Positions 33,507 through 44,200 of a stretch of DNA of 64,000 nt are shown in pieces; within the stretch, counting starts at the first letter, position 1, and each line of letters opens with the position of its first letter. The DNA lies in assembly GCA_963768855.1 (NCBI GenBank), contig CAVYJM010000006.1, positions 480,001 to 544,000 on the forward strand, written 5' to 3'. This DNA comes from an uncultured Thermoplasmata archaeon. Lineage in GTDB: Archaea > Thermoplasmatota > Thermoplasmata > RBG-16-68-12. Position numbers and translations under genes: made by a program. A model generated the notes under the pieces. That model had not been told where the DNA came from and made no database searches. It was given only the letters and a program-made list of their open reading frames with translations.

Positions 33507-34652
33507 TCACGCCGTCAGGAGGCGTTCGTACAGGTGCTCGAGGCGACGCGTGCACTTTGCGACGGAGAAGGGGAGCGCGCTCTCCCGCGCCGCGTCCCGC
33601 ATCGCGTCGCGGTGGGCGAGGCACTGGAGGATGGCGTCCGCGCATCCCGCCACGTCGTTCGGGTCGAACAGGAAACCGTTCTCCCCCTCGTGGACGAACT
33701 CGGGGATCGCGCGGAAGTTCGCGCCTGCGACGGGCCGCCCGGCCGCGAGCGCCTCGAGGATGACGAGGCCCTGCGTCTCGAACTTGGAGGCGATCGCGAA
33801 GGCGTCGGCGGCCGCGTAGTACTTCGGCAGGTCCGCGTCGGGAACAAAGCCCGTGAAGATCACGTCTCCGGAGAGATCCATGTGCCGCACGAGCTCGTAG
33901 TACCGCTCGAGGTACGGGCCTGAGCCGACGACGAGCAGCTTCGTGTCCGGGTTTGCCTCCTTGATGCGCGGGAACGCGTGGATCAGCGTGTGCAGGTTCT
34001 TCTCCGGCGCGACGCGGCCCACGTGGAGGATGACGTCGCTGCCGTTGAGCCCCCACTTGGTCCGGATGCTCCGCCCCGAGACCGCGGGGGAGAAGCGGTC
34101 CGGGTCCACGCCGGTCGGGATGACGTCCGTGATGGCGGCCTCGGGCGAGAGCTCGAGGATTTCGTTCAAGATCGCGCGGCTCGGGACCACGACGCCCGTC
34201 GACTTCCTCAGGAAGACCCGGAGGTAGAGGCGCAGCCCGCGTTCGAGCATGTGGAGATTGATGCCGAAGGGCGAGTAGAACGGGAGCGTGTCCTGGATCA
34301 TCGTGTGGAAGGTCTGGACGCTCGGGATCTTCGCCTGCCAGGAGGCCCAAAGGCCCTTGATCCCGACCGTGCCGACGCCATGGATGTGGATCACGTCGAT
34401 GCCGAGTTCCTTGACCTGGTCCACCTCGCGGCCCGGGAACATCGCGAGCCGGTAGCCGGGATAGTGGCGGAGCTCGTGGGCGCGCACGAAGATCGTGTTC
34501 CGCTCGCGTTTCACGTGGCGCCTCGGATCCGCGGGGGCGAACACAACGACCTCGTGGCCGTCCGCCTCGAGCTGGTGGCGGGTCGTCAGGACGGACGTCA
34601 CCACGCCGTCGATCGTGGGCAGGTAGCTGTCCGTGAACAGCGCGATCTTCAC
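33507..34652 (-). CDS. GT4 family glycosyltransferase
   Basis: MKIALFTDSYLPTIDGV, HVGRVAPEKN, S..ETQGLVILEALAAG.PV; GTG overlaps the thiD stop. Confidence 0.93.
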   Translation of the reverse strand: MKIALFTDSYLPTIDGVVTSVLTTRHQLEADGHEVVVFAPADPRRHVKRERNTIFVRAHELRHYPGYRLAMFPGREVDQVKELGIDVIHIHGVGTVGIKGLWASWQAKIPSVQTFHTMIQDTLPFYSPFGINLHMLERGLRLYLRVFLRKSTGVVVPSRAILNEILELSPEAAITDVIPTGVDPDRFSPAVSGRSIRTKWGLNGSDVILHVGRVAPEKNLHTLIHAFPRIKEANPDTKLLVVGSGPYLERYYELVRHMDLSGDVIFTGFVPDADLPKYYAAADAFAIASKFETQGLVILEALAAGRPVAGANFRAIPEFVHEGENGFLFDPNDVAGCADAILQCLAHRDAMRDAARESALPFSVAKCTRRLEHLYERLLTA

Positions 34653-35923
34653 GGGAGGCCTCCGCGCACGAGACGGCGGGCCTTCCTCAGGACCCGCTCC
34701 GGATCTTCGCCGAGGACTCGAATCGTCGTTCCACTGCCTCCGTTCCTCGCGTCCACGAGGACGTCCGGCGCCGTCCCCGCCTCCACGATCTCGCGCTCCA
34801 TCCAGCCCGCCCCGACCGTCCTGCCCGGACCACGGTGGCGGCCCAGGGTCACGATCCCGAGGCGCCGGTAGAGGAGCCGGTTGGCATTTTTGGGCGGGTA
34901 CTTTAAGGTTGCCGAGGCGCGGAGGGTCGGGTTGACATGGAGGACCGCAAGCATCGCCGAGGCGGTGTCGGCCCGCGCACCGAACTCCGCGGAGCGGGAC
35001 CGTTCCCTCCATGCGCAGAGGTCGGCGGCCGCCATCGCGCCAGGGAGCGCGAACACCAGTTCCGTGCCTTCCCGGGGCTTGAGGCGCGGCGGGATGGCTC
35101 TTGACAATGCGGGTCCGACGCGGGTCACCTCAAGCCACACCGCGTAGCGGTCGGGCTGGACGTGGGAGTTGATGATCTCGACGCCGCGGCCCGCGCGGTA
35201 GGACTCGAGGAAGCCCGAGGCGACCCGCCGCCGCGCGGATTCCACGGCCCTCCCCAGCCGCTGGCCCTGGGCCAGGTACGCCGCGACTGAGGCGGCGAGC
35301 GTGCAGCCGGCGCCGTGCAGTTCCTTCGGGTAGCGGAAGCTCCTCAGCCGCCGGACGCTCCGGCCGTCGTAGAGCACGTCGACGAGCTCGCCGGCCACGT
35401 GTCCTCCCTTGACGAGGACTGCGCGGGGGCCGAGGCTGTGGAGCCGGCGGGCGGCCTTCTCCATGTCCTCGAGCCCGCGGACTGGGAAGCCTGCGAGGCG
35501 CTCCGCCTCCGGACGGTTGGGAGTGAGGAGATCCGCCCGGGGGAGGAGCCGTCTCACGAGGGCATCCTTGAAATCGTCCCGTTCGAGGCGCGCGCCCACC
35601 GTCGCGACCATGACCGGGTCCACGACGAGCGGGAAGCCCTTGCCTCGCAGCTCGTCCGCGACCGTCTCGACGATCTCCGCGGAGTACAGCATCCCCGTCT
35701 TCGCGCCCCGCACCTCAAAGTCGTCGAGCACCGCGCGGAGTTGCGCTCGGATCTCCGCAGGCGGGAGAGGGAAGATGGACGTCACGGCCCGCGTGTTCTG
35801 CGCCGTGACGCACGTGATCACGGACGTCCCGTGGACCCCGACCGCCGCGAACGACTTGAGGTCCGCCTGGATCCCGGCGCCGCCGCCGGAATCGCTGCCG
35901 GCAATCGTCAGGGCGGTCTTCAT
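34649..35923 (-). CDS. thiD: HMP/HMP-P kinase ThiD fused to a degenerate ThiN-like domain
   Basis: LTIAGSDSGGGAGIQADLK, TAQNT, KTGML, VVDPVMVA, LLTPN..EA, HGAGCT. Confidence 0.93.
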   Translation of the reverse strand: MKTALTIAGSDSGGGAGIQADLKSFAAVGVHGTSVITCVTAQNTRAVTSIFPLPPAEIRAQLRAVLDDFEVRGAKTGMLYSAEIVETVADELRGKGFPLVVDPVMVATVGARLERDDFKDALVRRLLPRADLLTPNRPEAERLAGFPVRGLEDMEKAARRLHSLGPRAVLVKGGHVAGELVDVLYDGRSVRRLRSFRYPKELHGAGCTLAASVAAYLAQGQRLGRAVESARRRVASGFLESYRAGRGVEIINSHVQPDRYAVWLEVTRVGPALSRAIPPRLKPREGTELVFALPGAMAAADLCAWRERSRSAEFGARADTASAMLAVLHVNPTLRASATLKYPPKNANRLLYRRLGIVTLGRHRGPGRTVGAGWMEREIVEAGTAPDVLVDARNGGSGTTIRVLGEDPERVLRKARRLVRGGLP

Positions 35924-36030
35924 CACCGCGACGATGAGGCAGCTCCGCTTAAGGATGCCGCCGCGGGTCGCCTCGTCTCCGAGGCACGCGGCCGTATCGT
36001 TAAATAGAACGTGGCTCATCCGAACGTCTC

Positions 36031-36411
36031 ATGCGGGCGCGGAGCGGCCACATCAAGTTCGACAAGAAGGTGAAATGGAAGAACCTCGTGCCCGCCTTCA
36101 AGCCGATGTTCCTCAAGTTCCTCGAGGAGACGCAGCAGCTCCCCGAAGACATGGAGAGCGTCGAGGTCCTCGTTGAGGAGAACCTGCGCGACCTGCGTCT
36201 CAACCGGAAACCCGAGGGTTACAACCGCGAGAGCGCGATGCGGCTCATCTTCCCGATTTCGAACGACGTCGAGTTCTATATCTATGGCCGCGGGAAGACC
36301 GTGGAGGTCGCGCGCGTGACGGAGCAGGTGAGCCACGTGCTGCAGAAGTACCGCCTCAAGCACACGATCGAGTGGGACAAGCTGCGCCTCTTCGCGGACA
36401 AGAAGGAATGA
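36031..36411 (+). CDS. Hypothetical protein (126 aa)
   Basis: Own TATA (GTTAAATA) about 25 nt upstream, coding-like codon usage, fills the gap; no recognisable motif. Confidence 0.75.
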   Translation: MRARSGHIKFDKKVKWKNLVPAFKPMFLKFLEETQQLPEDMESVEVLVEENLRDLRLNRKPEGYNRESAMRLIFPISNDVEFYIYGRGKTVEVARVTEQVSHVLQKYRLKHTIEWDKLRLFADKKE

Positions 36412-36424
36412 GCGGGCGGCGGTC

Positions 36425-37015
36425 CTAGCCTTCGAGGCGGACGGATTCGACGGTCGTGTATTCGGGGCCCTGCGGCTGCAGGACGCTCTTCTTGAGCCGG
36501 ATCTCCTCGACCCGGACCCGCGCAAACTCCTGGCTCGACCGCTCTTCGAGGATCTGCCGGACCCGATCCAGGCCGCGGGGTATCCGGACCCGGGCCAGAG
36601 TCACGTGAGGCGACCACGCTCGGTGTTCGACCTCGAAGCCCAGGGCCTCGAGGTTCGCGTTCAGCGACTTGGCCATCTTCCCGAGGGCCTCGGCTCCCTC
36701 GACGCCCACCCAGATCACGTTCGGCCGCGCAGGGTTCGGGAAGGCTCCCATCCCGCGGACGCGGAGGTCCAGCGGCCCGACTCCAACACTGGCCTCCCGC
36801 ATCGCGGAGACGATCTCCGGGACGAGCCCCTCCTCCGTGTCGCCCAAGAACTTGAGCGTGAGGTGGAGGTGGTCCGGGGAGATGAGCTTCAGCTCGCGGC
36901 TCGCCGAACGCAGGTCCTGCACGAGGGCCTCGATGGGCGGCAGCGTGGGGAGGTCCGCGGAGATGAACGCGCGGAAGCGCAGGCCTACGCACCTCCCGGG
37001 ATCGCGGCCCCGCAC
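36425..37015 (-). CDS. thpR: RNA 2',3'-cyclic phosphodiesterase (2H family); start uncertain
   Basis: FRAFISAD, HLTLKFLG and PHVTLAR (two HxT motifs), LKKSVL...GPEY. Confidence 0.92.
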   Translation of the reverse strand: MRGRDPGRCVGLRFRAFISADLPTLPPIEALVQDLRSASRELKLISPDHLHLTLKFLGDTEEGLVPEIVSAMREASVGVGPLDLRVRGMGAFPNPARPNVIWVGVEGAEALGKMAKSLNANLEALGFEVEHRAWSPHVTLARVRIPRGLDRVRQILEERSSQEFARVRVEEIRLKKSVLQPQGPEYTTVESVRLEG

Positions 37016-37452
37016 GACGGGCAGGCCCCCGCTTTCGTACTCCGAGGGATCGCCCCCCCGCACGCGGGGCAGCGCGGCGCGGTCGCGGCAACGAACCGTC
37101 CCCGCTTGTCGACCTCACCCTCGAAATGGCCTTCCCGGATCGCGGTCCGGAGGATCTTCGCCGCGTCCGCCTCGGAGACTTCCAGTTGCGCGCCGAGTGC
37201 CTTCCCGTCCGTGACGCCCGCCTCCTCCGCAAGCTTGGCCGCGTGGGCGAGCGCGAGGTCCCGCGCATACAGCTGTCGCCAGTAGCGGAGGAACAGGAGC
37301 CCGGGGACGAAGAACAACGCCGCGCACAGCCCGGCGGCGCTCGCCTCGAAGAGCCGGGAGAGGACGATCGCCACGACCATCAGGACGGCGGCAGCCCCCG
37401 AGGCCCAGAGGCAGAACAGCGTCAGGATGCGATACAGGCGGACCCGCCGCAC
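36985..37452 (-). CDS. Membrane protein with helical/wHTH-like segment and C-terminal zinc ribbon
   Basis: Two TM helices, then L...L.VS..DA..IL..AI.EG...G.VD, CPACG...CPSCG. Confidence 0.75.
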   Translation of the reverse strand: MRRVRLYRILTLFCLWASGAAAVLMVVAIVLSRLFEASAAGLCAALFFVPGLLFLRYWRQLYARDLALAHAAKLAEEAGVTDGKALGAQLEVSEADAAKILRTAIREGHFEGEVDKRGRFVAATAPRCPACGGAIPRSTKAGACPSCGAAIPGGA

Positions 37453-37465
37453 GCGCTGCCCTCCC

Positions 37466-38149
37466 TCAGTCGGAGACCAGGGTCCCGTGGAACGGTCTCC
37501 CCAGGATCGCGGCCTCTAGAGCCTCGAGGTCCCGGCCGCGGACGACGCTGAGGGGGATGCGGTCCCGGGCGAGGACGCGCGCGGCGACCGGGTCGAACAC
37601 GACGCTCGGGCCCGCGGCGCGGTGGCCTTCGCCCGCGAGCCGGACCAGGTCCTCGAACCCGATCCGTTTCAGGAGCCGCGCGTCCGTGTGCTTACGGGGG
37701 TCGGCCGTGTACACGCCGTCGACGGACGTCGCGTTCACGATGCGGGCTGCGCCCACGACGCGAGCGAGGGAGGCGCTGACGCGGTCCGTGGTGTGGCCTG
37801 GCCGCGTGCCCGCCATGAGGACGATTGGATAGCGTCGCGCGAGGCGAGCCGCCCCCGCGTAGGATCGCGCAGGCTCGCGATTGGCCTGGCCTTTCAGCGC
37901 CGCTCCCAGGAGCCGCGCGTTCATGCGCGTAATCCCGATGCCGAGCTCGTCGAGGCGCCGCTCCGGGATCCCCAGAGCACGCCCCGTCTCGATGTAGTAC
38001 CGCGCGATTCGCCCACCGCCCGTTACCGCGAACAGTCTCACGTGGCGGGATGCCGCGCGGAGCAGGCGAGTGAGGTCCGTGAGATAGCGTTCGTCGTCTT
38101 CGTCCGGCACGAGGACGGAACCACCGAGGGAGACGACGACTTTCTCCAT
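37466..38149 (-). CDS. pyrH: Uridylate kinase (archaeal type)
   Basis: VVVSLGGS, TGGGRIARYYI, GTRPGHTTD, NATSVDGVY..DP, FDPVA. Confidence 0.96.
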   Translation of the reverse strand: MEKVVVSLGGSVLVPDEDDERYLTDLTRLLRAASRHVRLFAVTGGGRIARYYIETGRALGIPERRLDELGIGITRMNARLLGAALKGQANREPARSYAGAARLARRYPIVLMAGTRPGHTTDRVSASLARVVGAARIVNATSVDGVYTADPRKHTDARLLKRIGFEDLVRLAGEGHRAAGPSVVFDPVAARVLARDRIPLSVVRGRDLEALEAAILGRPFHGTLVSD

Positions 38150-38273
38150 GCAACTCGCATCCCGCGCGAAGGGCGCTGGACGATAAAAAGTGTTCGACGA
38201 TGACGCGGTCGCCGCGGCGCCTCGCGTCCCCTCGGGAACTGCTTTATAGCGCAAGCACGGTTGGGTCGGTGAA

Positions 38274-39503
38274 ATGGCCGAAATGTCGGATATGGACAAG
38301 TACAAGTTCCGTCGCGCCCTCGAGCAGATCGAGCAGGCGCAAGGCCGGGGCACGGAGCTCGTCAGCGTCTACATCCCGCCGAACCGGCCCATCTTCGACG
38401 TCACGAACTACCTGCGCGGGGAAGTCTCCCAGTCGTCCAACATCAAGAGCGCGAGCACGCGCAAGCACGTGCAGCAGGCGATCGAGTCGTGCGTCTCCCG
38501 CATCAAGGGGTATCGCATGCCGCCGGCGAACGGCCTCGTCGTCTTCGCCGGGCACAAGCAGATCGGGGCAGACCAGACCGAGATGGTCGCGTTCGTCCTC
38601 GAGCCGCCGGAAGCCGTTCAGTCCTTCCTCTACCGGTGCGACTCCAAGTTCTACACGGAGCCGCTCCACGAGATGATGATGGAGAAGGACGTCTACGGCC
38701 TCGTCGTCATCGACCGCTCCGAGGCGACGGTGGGGCTCCTCCGGGGAAAGCGGATCGAGGTCCTGAAGAACATGCAGTCCCTCGTCCCCTCGAAGCACCG
38801 GATGGGCGGCCAGAGCGCGCGCCGCTTCGAGCGCCTCATCGAGATCGCGGCCCACGAGTGGTACGAGAAGGTCGCGAACGTGATGGCGGATGCGTTCCTG
38901 AGCCGGCCCGAGATGAAGGGCATCCTGATCGGCGGCCCGGGCTACACGAAGGAGTACTTCGCGACGCAGGACTTCCTCCACCACGAGCTGAAGAAGAAGA
39001 TCCTCGAGCCGTTCCTCGACACCGGGTACACGGACGAGTACGGCCTGCGGGAGCTCGTCGAGAAGGCCCGGACCGTCCTCTCCGATCTGGACCTCATGCG
39101 GGAGAAGACCCTCGTGCAGAAGCTCCTCGATGAGATCCGGAAGGAGGAGGGCGGTCTCGCGGCGTACGGTGAGGACCAGGTCCGCCACGCGCTCGAGCTC
39201 GGCGCCGTGGACACGCTCCTGGTCTCCGAGGGCATCCGGAAGCTGCGCCTCAAGCTCAAGTGCGCGAACGGGGACTGGGAAGGCGAGAGGACCGTGGCCG
39301 ACGAGGCCGCGATCCCCAAGTGCCCCCAGGACGGCGGGGTGCTCACTGTGGTCGAAAAGAGGGACATCATCGAGGAATTCAGCACCCTCGCGGGCCAGTC
39401 CGGGACGAAGGTCGAGCTCATCTCCAAGGAATCCGAGGAAGGGGTGCTGTTCCTCCGCGCGTTCGGCGGGATGGCCGCGATCCTGCGTTACCGGGTGACG
39501 TGA
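38274..39503 (+). CDS. prf1: Peptide chain release factor aRF1
   Basis: GTELVSVYIP, NIKS, YRCDSKF, HRMGGQSARRFER, FGGMAAILRY. Confidence 0.98.
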   Translation: MAEMSDMDKYKFRRALEQIEQAQGRGTELVSVYIPPNRPIFDVTNYLRGEVSQSSNIKSASTRKHVQQAIESCVSRIKGYRMPPANGLVVFAGHKQIGADQTEMVAFVLEPPEAVQSFLYRCDSKFYTEPLHEMMMEKDVYGLVVIDRSEATVGLLRGKRIEVLKNMQSLVPSKHRMGGQSARRFERLIEIAAHEWYEKVANVMADAFLSRPEMKGILIGGPGYTKEYFATQDFLHHELKKKILEPFLDTGYTDEYGLRELVEKARTVLSDLDLMREKTLVQKLLDEIRKEEGGLAAYGEDQVRHALELGAVDTLLVSEGIRKLRLKLKCANGDWEGERTVADEAAIPKCPQDGGVLTVVEKRDIIEEFSTLAGQSGTKVELISKESEEGVLFLRAFGGMAAILRYRVT

Positions 39504-41218
39504 TGCTCGGCGATCCGTGGGCGGACCTCAAGGGCCGCGCGGAGGCCGTCCGAAGCGCGATCGAGTCCCAGCTCGGGGTCCACGAGCACGGGGACCTCGT
39601 CGAGGCCCCGGAGGACAAGGGGCTCTTCTCCCTCGCCATGTTCCCGTTCGCGAAGGAGCTTCACAGGCCGCCGCAGGATCTCGCCCGGCAGTCCGCAGTC
39701 CTCCCGGTCCCCGCCCCCTTCGGGCCGCTCCAGGCCGTCGGCGGCTACGTGAACTTCGTCGCGAACCCGAGCGCGTTCGCGGCCCACGTCCTGGAGTCGG
39801 TGGCATCCGCCGGTGCGGCGTACGGATCTTCGCCGCCCTCTTCGACGAGGATCCTCCTCGAGCACACGAGCACGAACCCGACGGGACCACTCCACGTGGG
39901 CCGCGCGCGGAACCCGATCTTCGCGGACGCCCTCGGCCGGCTGCTCAAAATGGCGGGATTCCAGGTCACCCGCGAGTACCTCGTCAACGACGTCGGCCGG
40001 CAGATGGTCGTGCAGTACTGGGGGACGAAGCACCTGACGCCCGCCGAGGTCGGCCTGCCGGACGTCGACAAGCCGGACTACCGCTACCTCAAGTACTACC
40101 AGAAAGCCACCACGATCTTCGAGACGGATGCCCAGGCCAAGTCGGACGTCGCGGAGATGATCCAGCGCTTCGAGCGCGGGGACGTCGCACTCACGAAGGA
40201 GGTCCGGAAGGTCGCGGAGGAAATCCTGTCGGGGATCCTCCAGTCCCTCGACCGGATCGGCGTGGGCTTCGACACCTTCTTCTGGGAGAGCGACGCGATC
40301 CTCGACGGGAGCGTCCAGAAGGTTATCGACCGCCTCATGCCTCTGGGCCGCGAGGAGGACGGCGCGCATTACCTGGACCTGTCCCCGTTCGGCCTCGAGG
40401 GCGACGCGGCGAAGTACGTCTTCGTCCGCAAGGACGGCACGTCCCTTTACACGACGCGCGACATCGCCTACCACCTGGACAAGATGAGGCGTTGCGACGT
40501 CGCGATCAACGTCCTCGGAGAGGACCAGAAGCTGACCTTCCTGCGTCTCAAGGCGGCCTTCCAGCTCATGGGGATCGACTGGGCCCCGGAGACCGTGTTC
40601 TACGCGTTCGTGAGCCTCCCGGAGGGGAAGATGTCGACCCGCAAGGGTCGCGTCGTGAACCTCGACGACTTGATCGACGAGGCCGTGGAGCTCGCGTACG
40701 CGGAGGTCTCGAAGCGCCGCGAGGATCTGACCGAGTCCCGGAAGCGGGAGATCGCCGAGTTCGTGGGTATCGGATCGGTGCGGTACAACATCGTGCGCGT
40801 CCAGGCGGAGAAGCGGATCGTGTTCAAGTGGGAGGAGGCCCTCAACTTCGAGGGGAACTCTGCTCCCTTCCTCCAATACGCACACGCCCGCGCGTGCAGC
40901 ATCCTGGACAAGGCGGGGGCACGGACGAAAGGGGACGCACAACTCCTCGTGCATCCGCAGGAGCAGGTCCTCCTGCGGCGGATCGCCCGGTTCCCTTCCG
41001 AGGTCCGGGATGCCGCGACGAGCCGCCGCGTCCATGCGGTGGCCACGTACGCAGCGGATGCCGCGGCCCGGTTCAACCAGTTCTACCGGGACTGCCCCGT
41101 GCTCACGGCGGAGACCCCGGCGCTCCGCGCGGCGCGCCTCGATCTCGTGGCGGCTTTCCAGGTCGTCCTCCAGAACGCCCTCGAGGGGCTCGGGCTCCGG
41201 GCTCCGCGAGAAATGTGA
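39503..41218 (+). CDS. argS: Arginine--tRNA ligase
   Basis: EHTSTNPTGPLHVGRARN, RKDGTSLYTTRDIAYH, KMSTRKG, FEGNSAPFLQYAHAR, APREM C-terminus. Confidence 0.97.
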   Translation: MLGDPWADLKGRAEAVRSAIESQLGVHEHGDLVEAPEDKGLFSLAMFPFAKELHRPPQDLARQSAVLPVPAPFGPLQAVGGYVNFVANPSAFAAHVLESVASAGAAYGSSPPSSTRILLEHTSTNPTGPLHVGRARNPIFADALGRLLKMAGFQVTREYLVNDVGRQMVVQYWGTKHLTPAEVGLPDVDKPDYRYLKYYQKATTIFETDAQAKSDVAEMIQRFERGDVALTKEVRKVAEEILSGILQSLDRIGVGFDTFFWESDAILDGSVQKVIDRLMPLGREEDGAHYLDLSPFGLEGDAAKYVFVRKDGTSLYTTRDIAYHLDKMRRCDVAINVLGEDQKLTFLRLKAAFQLMGIDWAPETVFYAFVSLPEGKMSTRKGRVVNLDDLIDEAVELAYAEVSKRREDLTESRKREIAEFVGIGSVRYNIVRVQAEKRIVFKWEEALNFEGNSAPFLQYAHARACSILDKAGARTKGDAQLLVHPQEQVLLRRIARFPSEVRDAATSRRVHAVATYAADAAARFNQFYRDCPVLTAETPALRAARLDLVAAFQVVLQNALEGLGLRAPREM

Positions 41219-41250
41219 AAAAGGGGAAAACAAAAGGGAAAAGGGAAGAG
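41218..41250 (-). terminator. Oligo-pyrimidine (T-rich) terminator of the surface-protein gene
   Basis: CTTCCCTTTTCCCTTTTGTTTTCCCCTTTTT on the minus strand just after the stop at 41259. Confidence 0.6.
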
Positions 41251-41258
41251 ACGCACCT

Positions 41259-44200
41259 TCAAAGGCGCTTCTTCTCTTCCTTGGCTTCCTTCTCCTTCCG
41301 GGGCTTCTCTCTGCCGCCCTCGTCCCTGCCGCCCTTGCTACGGCGGAACCGAGGCTGCCAGTCGCCAGCCTTCACCTTGCGCCGGTAGTACATCGCGAAG
41401 ATGACGACGCCGAACACGGCCAGCACACTGACGACGATCGCGAGGTTCACCCAACCGGGCTGGTTCACGACGATTTCCTGGGCCGCCGTGTTCTCGGACG
41501 TGATCCAAGTGTACGGCTCCTTGCTGTCCGCCACCAGGATCGTGAGGGTCTTGTTGCCTTGCCCGACGACGGTCACCGTGATCTTCATGGTCCCGGTGCT
41601 GCCGGAGGTCAGGTTGGTCAGGGCGTTGCCGTTCTTGTCCGTCAACGACCACGTCGTCGACAGATCGGTCTTCTGCGTTCCGGTGCCCTCCGTTACCTTC
41701 ACGTATAGCTCGTTCGCAGCGCCGTGGTTCGCCTTGTTCGTCACGTTCAACGTGACCGTGATTGTCTGTCCGCTCTCCGGGTTCGTGTTGTCGATTTTCA
41801 CGGAGTCCACGACGATGGCCAGGTCGGGGTGCAGCTTCGGGTCGATCTGCACGCTGATGTTCTGCGAGAGCGTCCCGTTGTTCGGTTTGTTCGACCCGAA
41901 TCCCGTGTCTCTGACGGTGAGGACGACCGCGTAGCTCAGGTTCCATTCGTTCCATCCGAACGTGATGTTCATTCCGTAGAGCGGGCGGGTGGTTCCCTGC
42001 ATCCCGATGACCGGCCCGGGGATCGTCCAGGTGAAGTTGAGGGCCGAGAGCTTGTCGTAGTTGTCCGTCGTCGTGGACGCGTTGAACGTATAGTTCCGCA
42101 GCTCCGTCAGGGTCGAGGTCGGGGAGTACTCGTTCGTCGGGTCCAGGATTGTGAAACCCGGGGCGGGTGCCTGCGTGTCGTTCACAGTCATCGTCATTGT
42201 CGCGTTCGTGACGCCCGGCAAGCCGACCGCATCCGTCACGTTCAGGGTGACGTTGAAATTGCCCGGCTGGTTGAACGTCCAGTTCACGATCCGTCCCGTG
42301 GCGTCGACGACATGGTCGCCGTTGAAGTCCCAGGCGTACCCGGAGTTCGGAATCACGTTCGCCTTGCCCACATACGCCAGATCCGAGGACAGGCCGCCGT
42401 CGAAGCGGATGATCGTGCCCTGGTTCATCTGCAGGCTGCGCCCCACTGCGGACCCGCTGCCCGTCACGTTCGTCTTGAAGTCGGGCGTCGGGGGCGAACC
42501 GTCGGCCCAGATCGTGATCTCCCGATAGCTGACGTTCCCTCCGGAGCCGACCGCGGTGAGGTTCACGATATACGGCCCGGCGAGCGGGAACGAGAAGCTC
42601 GGCTGAATCCCGTACCGCACGTTGTTCGGCGGGTTCGGGATGCTCGAGCCGTTCGCCAGGAAGCGCCACGTGAAGTTGTCCCGCGTGGAGTCGTTCGAGG
42701 GCGGGTTCGAGGTCTCCGCCGCGCTGAAGGAGATGTCGGTGTTGCTCGCGACGAAGGCCTGGTAGTTCTGGTACGTCGAATTGACGACCGAGAACTTGCC
42801 GCTCGGCCCGATGACCTTGGCCCGGGCGATGCCCACGGTCGACTGCTGGAGGACCATCCGGATCGCCTGTCCGGTCGTGCTCGGATCGATCGTGATGTCC
42901 GTGTAGTTGTAGGTCGCGATCGCCGAGGGGTTCGGCAGGATCGTATCCGAGACCATCTCATAGTCCACGGGGAGCTCCACTAGGTATGTCACGTTGTGGT
43001 AGACCGTGGTGTTCGTGTCCGGGTAGACCGTCACGTTGAGGTAGTCGTTGGGTTGCCCGTACCTGATCCACGCGGTCGACTTCAGCTGGTACGTGGCCGA
43101 GCTGTTGATCCAGACGCGCTCGCCGGGCGTGTTGATGCTGTTGCTCACGGAGACCGAGTACGACGCGGCGCTCGAGATGAAGGACTTGCCGTTCAGAAGG
43201 AGGAACGCGTCCGTCGTGACGTACAGGGGGCCGTTGCGCAAGAGCCACGCTTGGAAGGCCGCGACATCGCCGGCGCTCACCGTGCCGGCGCCCGCCCCGG
43301 TCCCCAGCGTGTAGTTGATCTGCTGGCGCAGGTCCCGGAGTCCCGCCGGCTGGAGGCCGGCGAGCATGCTGTCTGGGTTCAGGGTGAGGTTGCGATACAC
43401 GGTGAAGTTGTTCCAGTCCCTCGCCCCGAAGGCGACCGTGATGTGGTCGAGCTCCTGGGGGGAGGCCTGCAGCGTGACGTCCTTCGGGTTCGTCGTGGGG
43501 ATCGTGACCGACTGCTCGTCGGCCGTGTAGCCGTTCGCGTCGACGATCATCTGGTAGGTCCCCGGGGGCGCGCTGAAACTGAACAGGCTCCCGTTCACGA
43601 ACGCCGGGATGAGTTTCGACCCGCTGGACTTCGAGGCCGACGGACTGTAGAGCCAGCCCGTGAGGCCAGTCGAGACGAACTGTCCGTCTGCGTTCAACGC
43701 GTGCCCGACGATGGACACTCCGGCGGTCAGGGTGATCGAGACGGTCGTGGGTCCGGAGACCGTGATCGTCTGCGTGACGTCGTACAGCTCGTATCCGTTC
43801 GCCGAGACGCGGACGTCAAAGGAGCCCGTCCATAGGTTGGCGAGGCTCTGGCCGGTCGTCTTGTTCGTCGTGTTCGTGAAGATCAGCGCGGAGTACGGCG
43901 TGGAGAGACGCGCGGAGTCGTAGACGGAGATACTGGCGCCGCCGATCGGCGTGGCCCCGTTCGAGACCGCGAAAGTCACGACGCCTGTGCTCGCGGGCTG
44001 CGCGTCGAGGCAGACGTTCGCGGTCGCCGTCGTGCTCCCGTCGAAGCGGAAGGGCGAGACCTGCGGTGCGAGGGGCGTGTTGTTGCTGTAGTACCCCGAC
44101 TTCGTGACGGAGATCGTGTAACTCGATGCGGGCGGTGCGAAGGTGTAGACCCCTGCTCCATCCGTCGTCGTGGTGAGGGATGGGAGCATGCCGTTCGCAT

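Noticed and set aside
35924-36030. TPP riboswitch upstream of thiD
   Set aside because: No CTGAGA / ATACC / AGGGA core; the gap is filled by divergent TATA boxes
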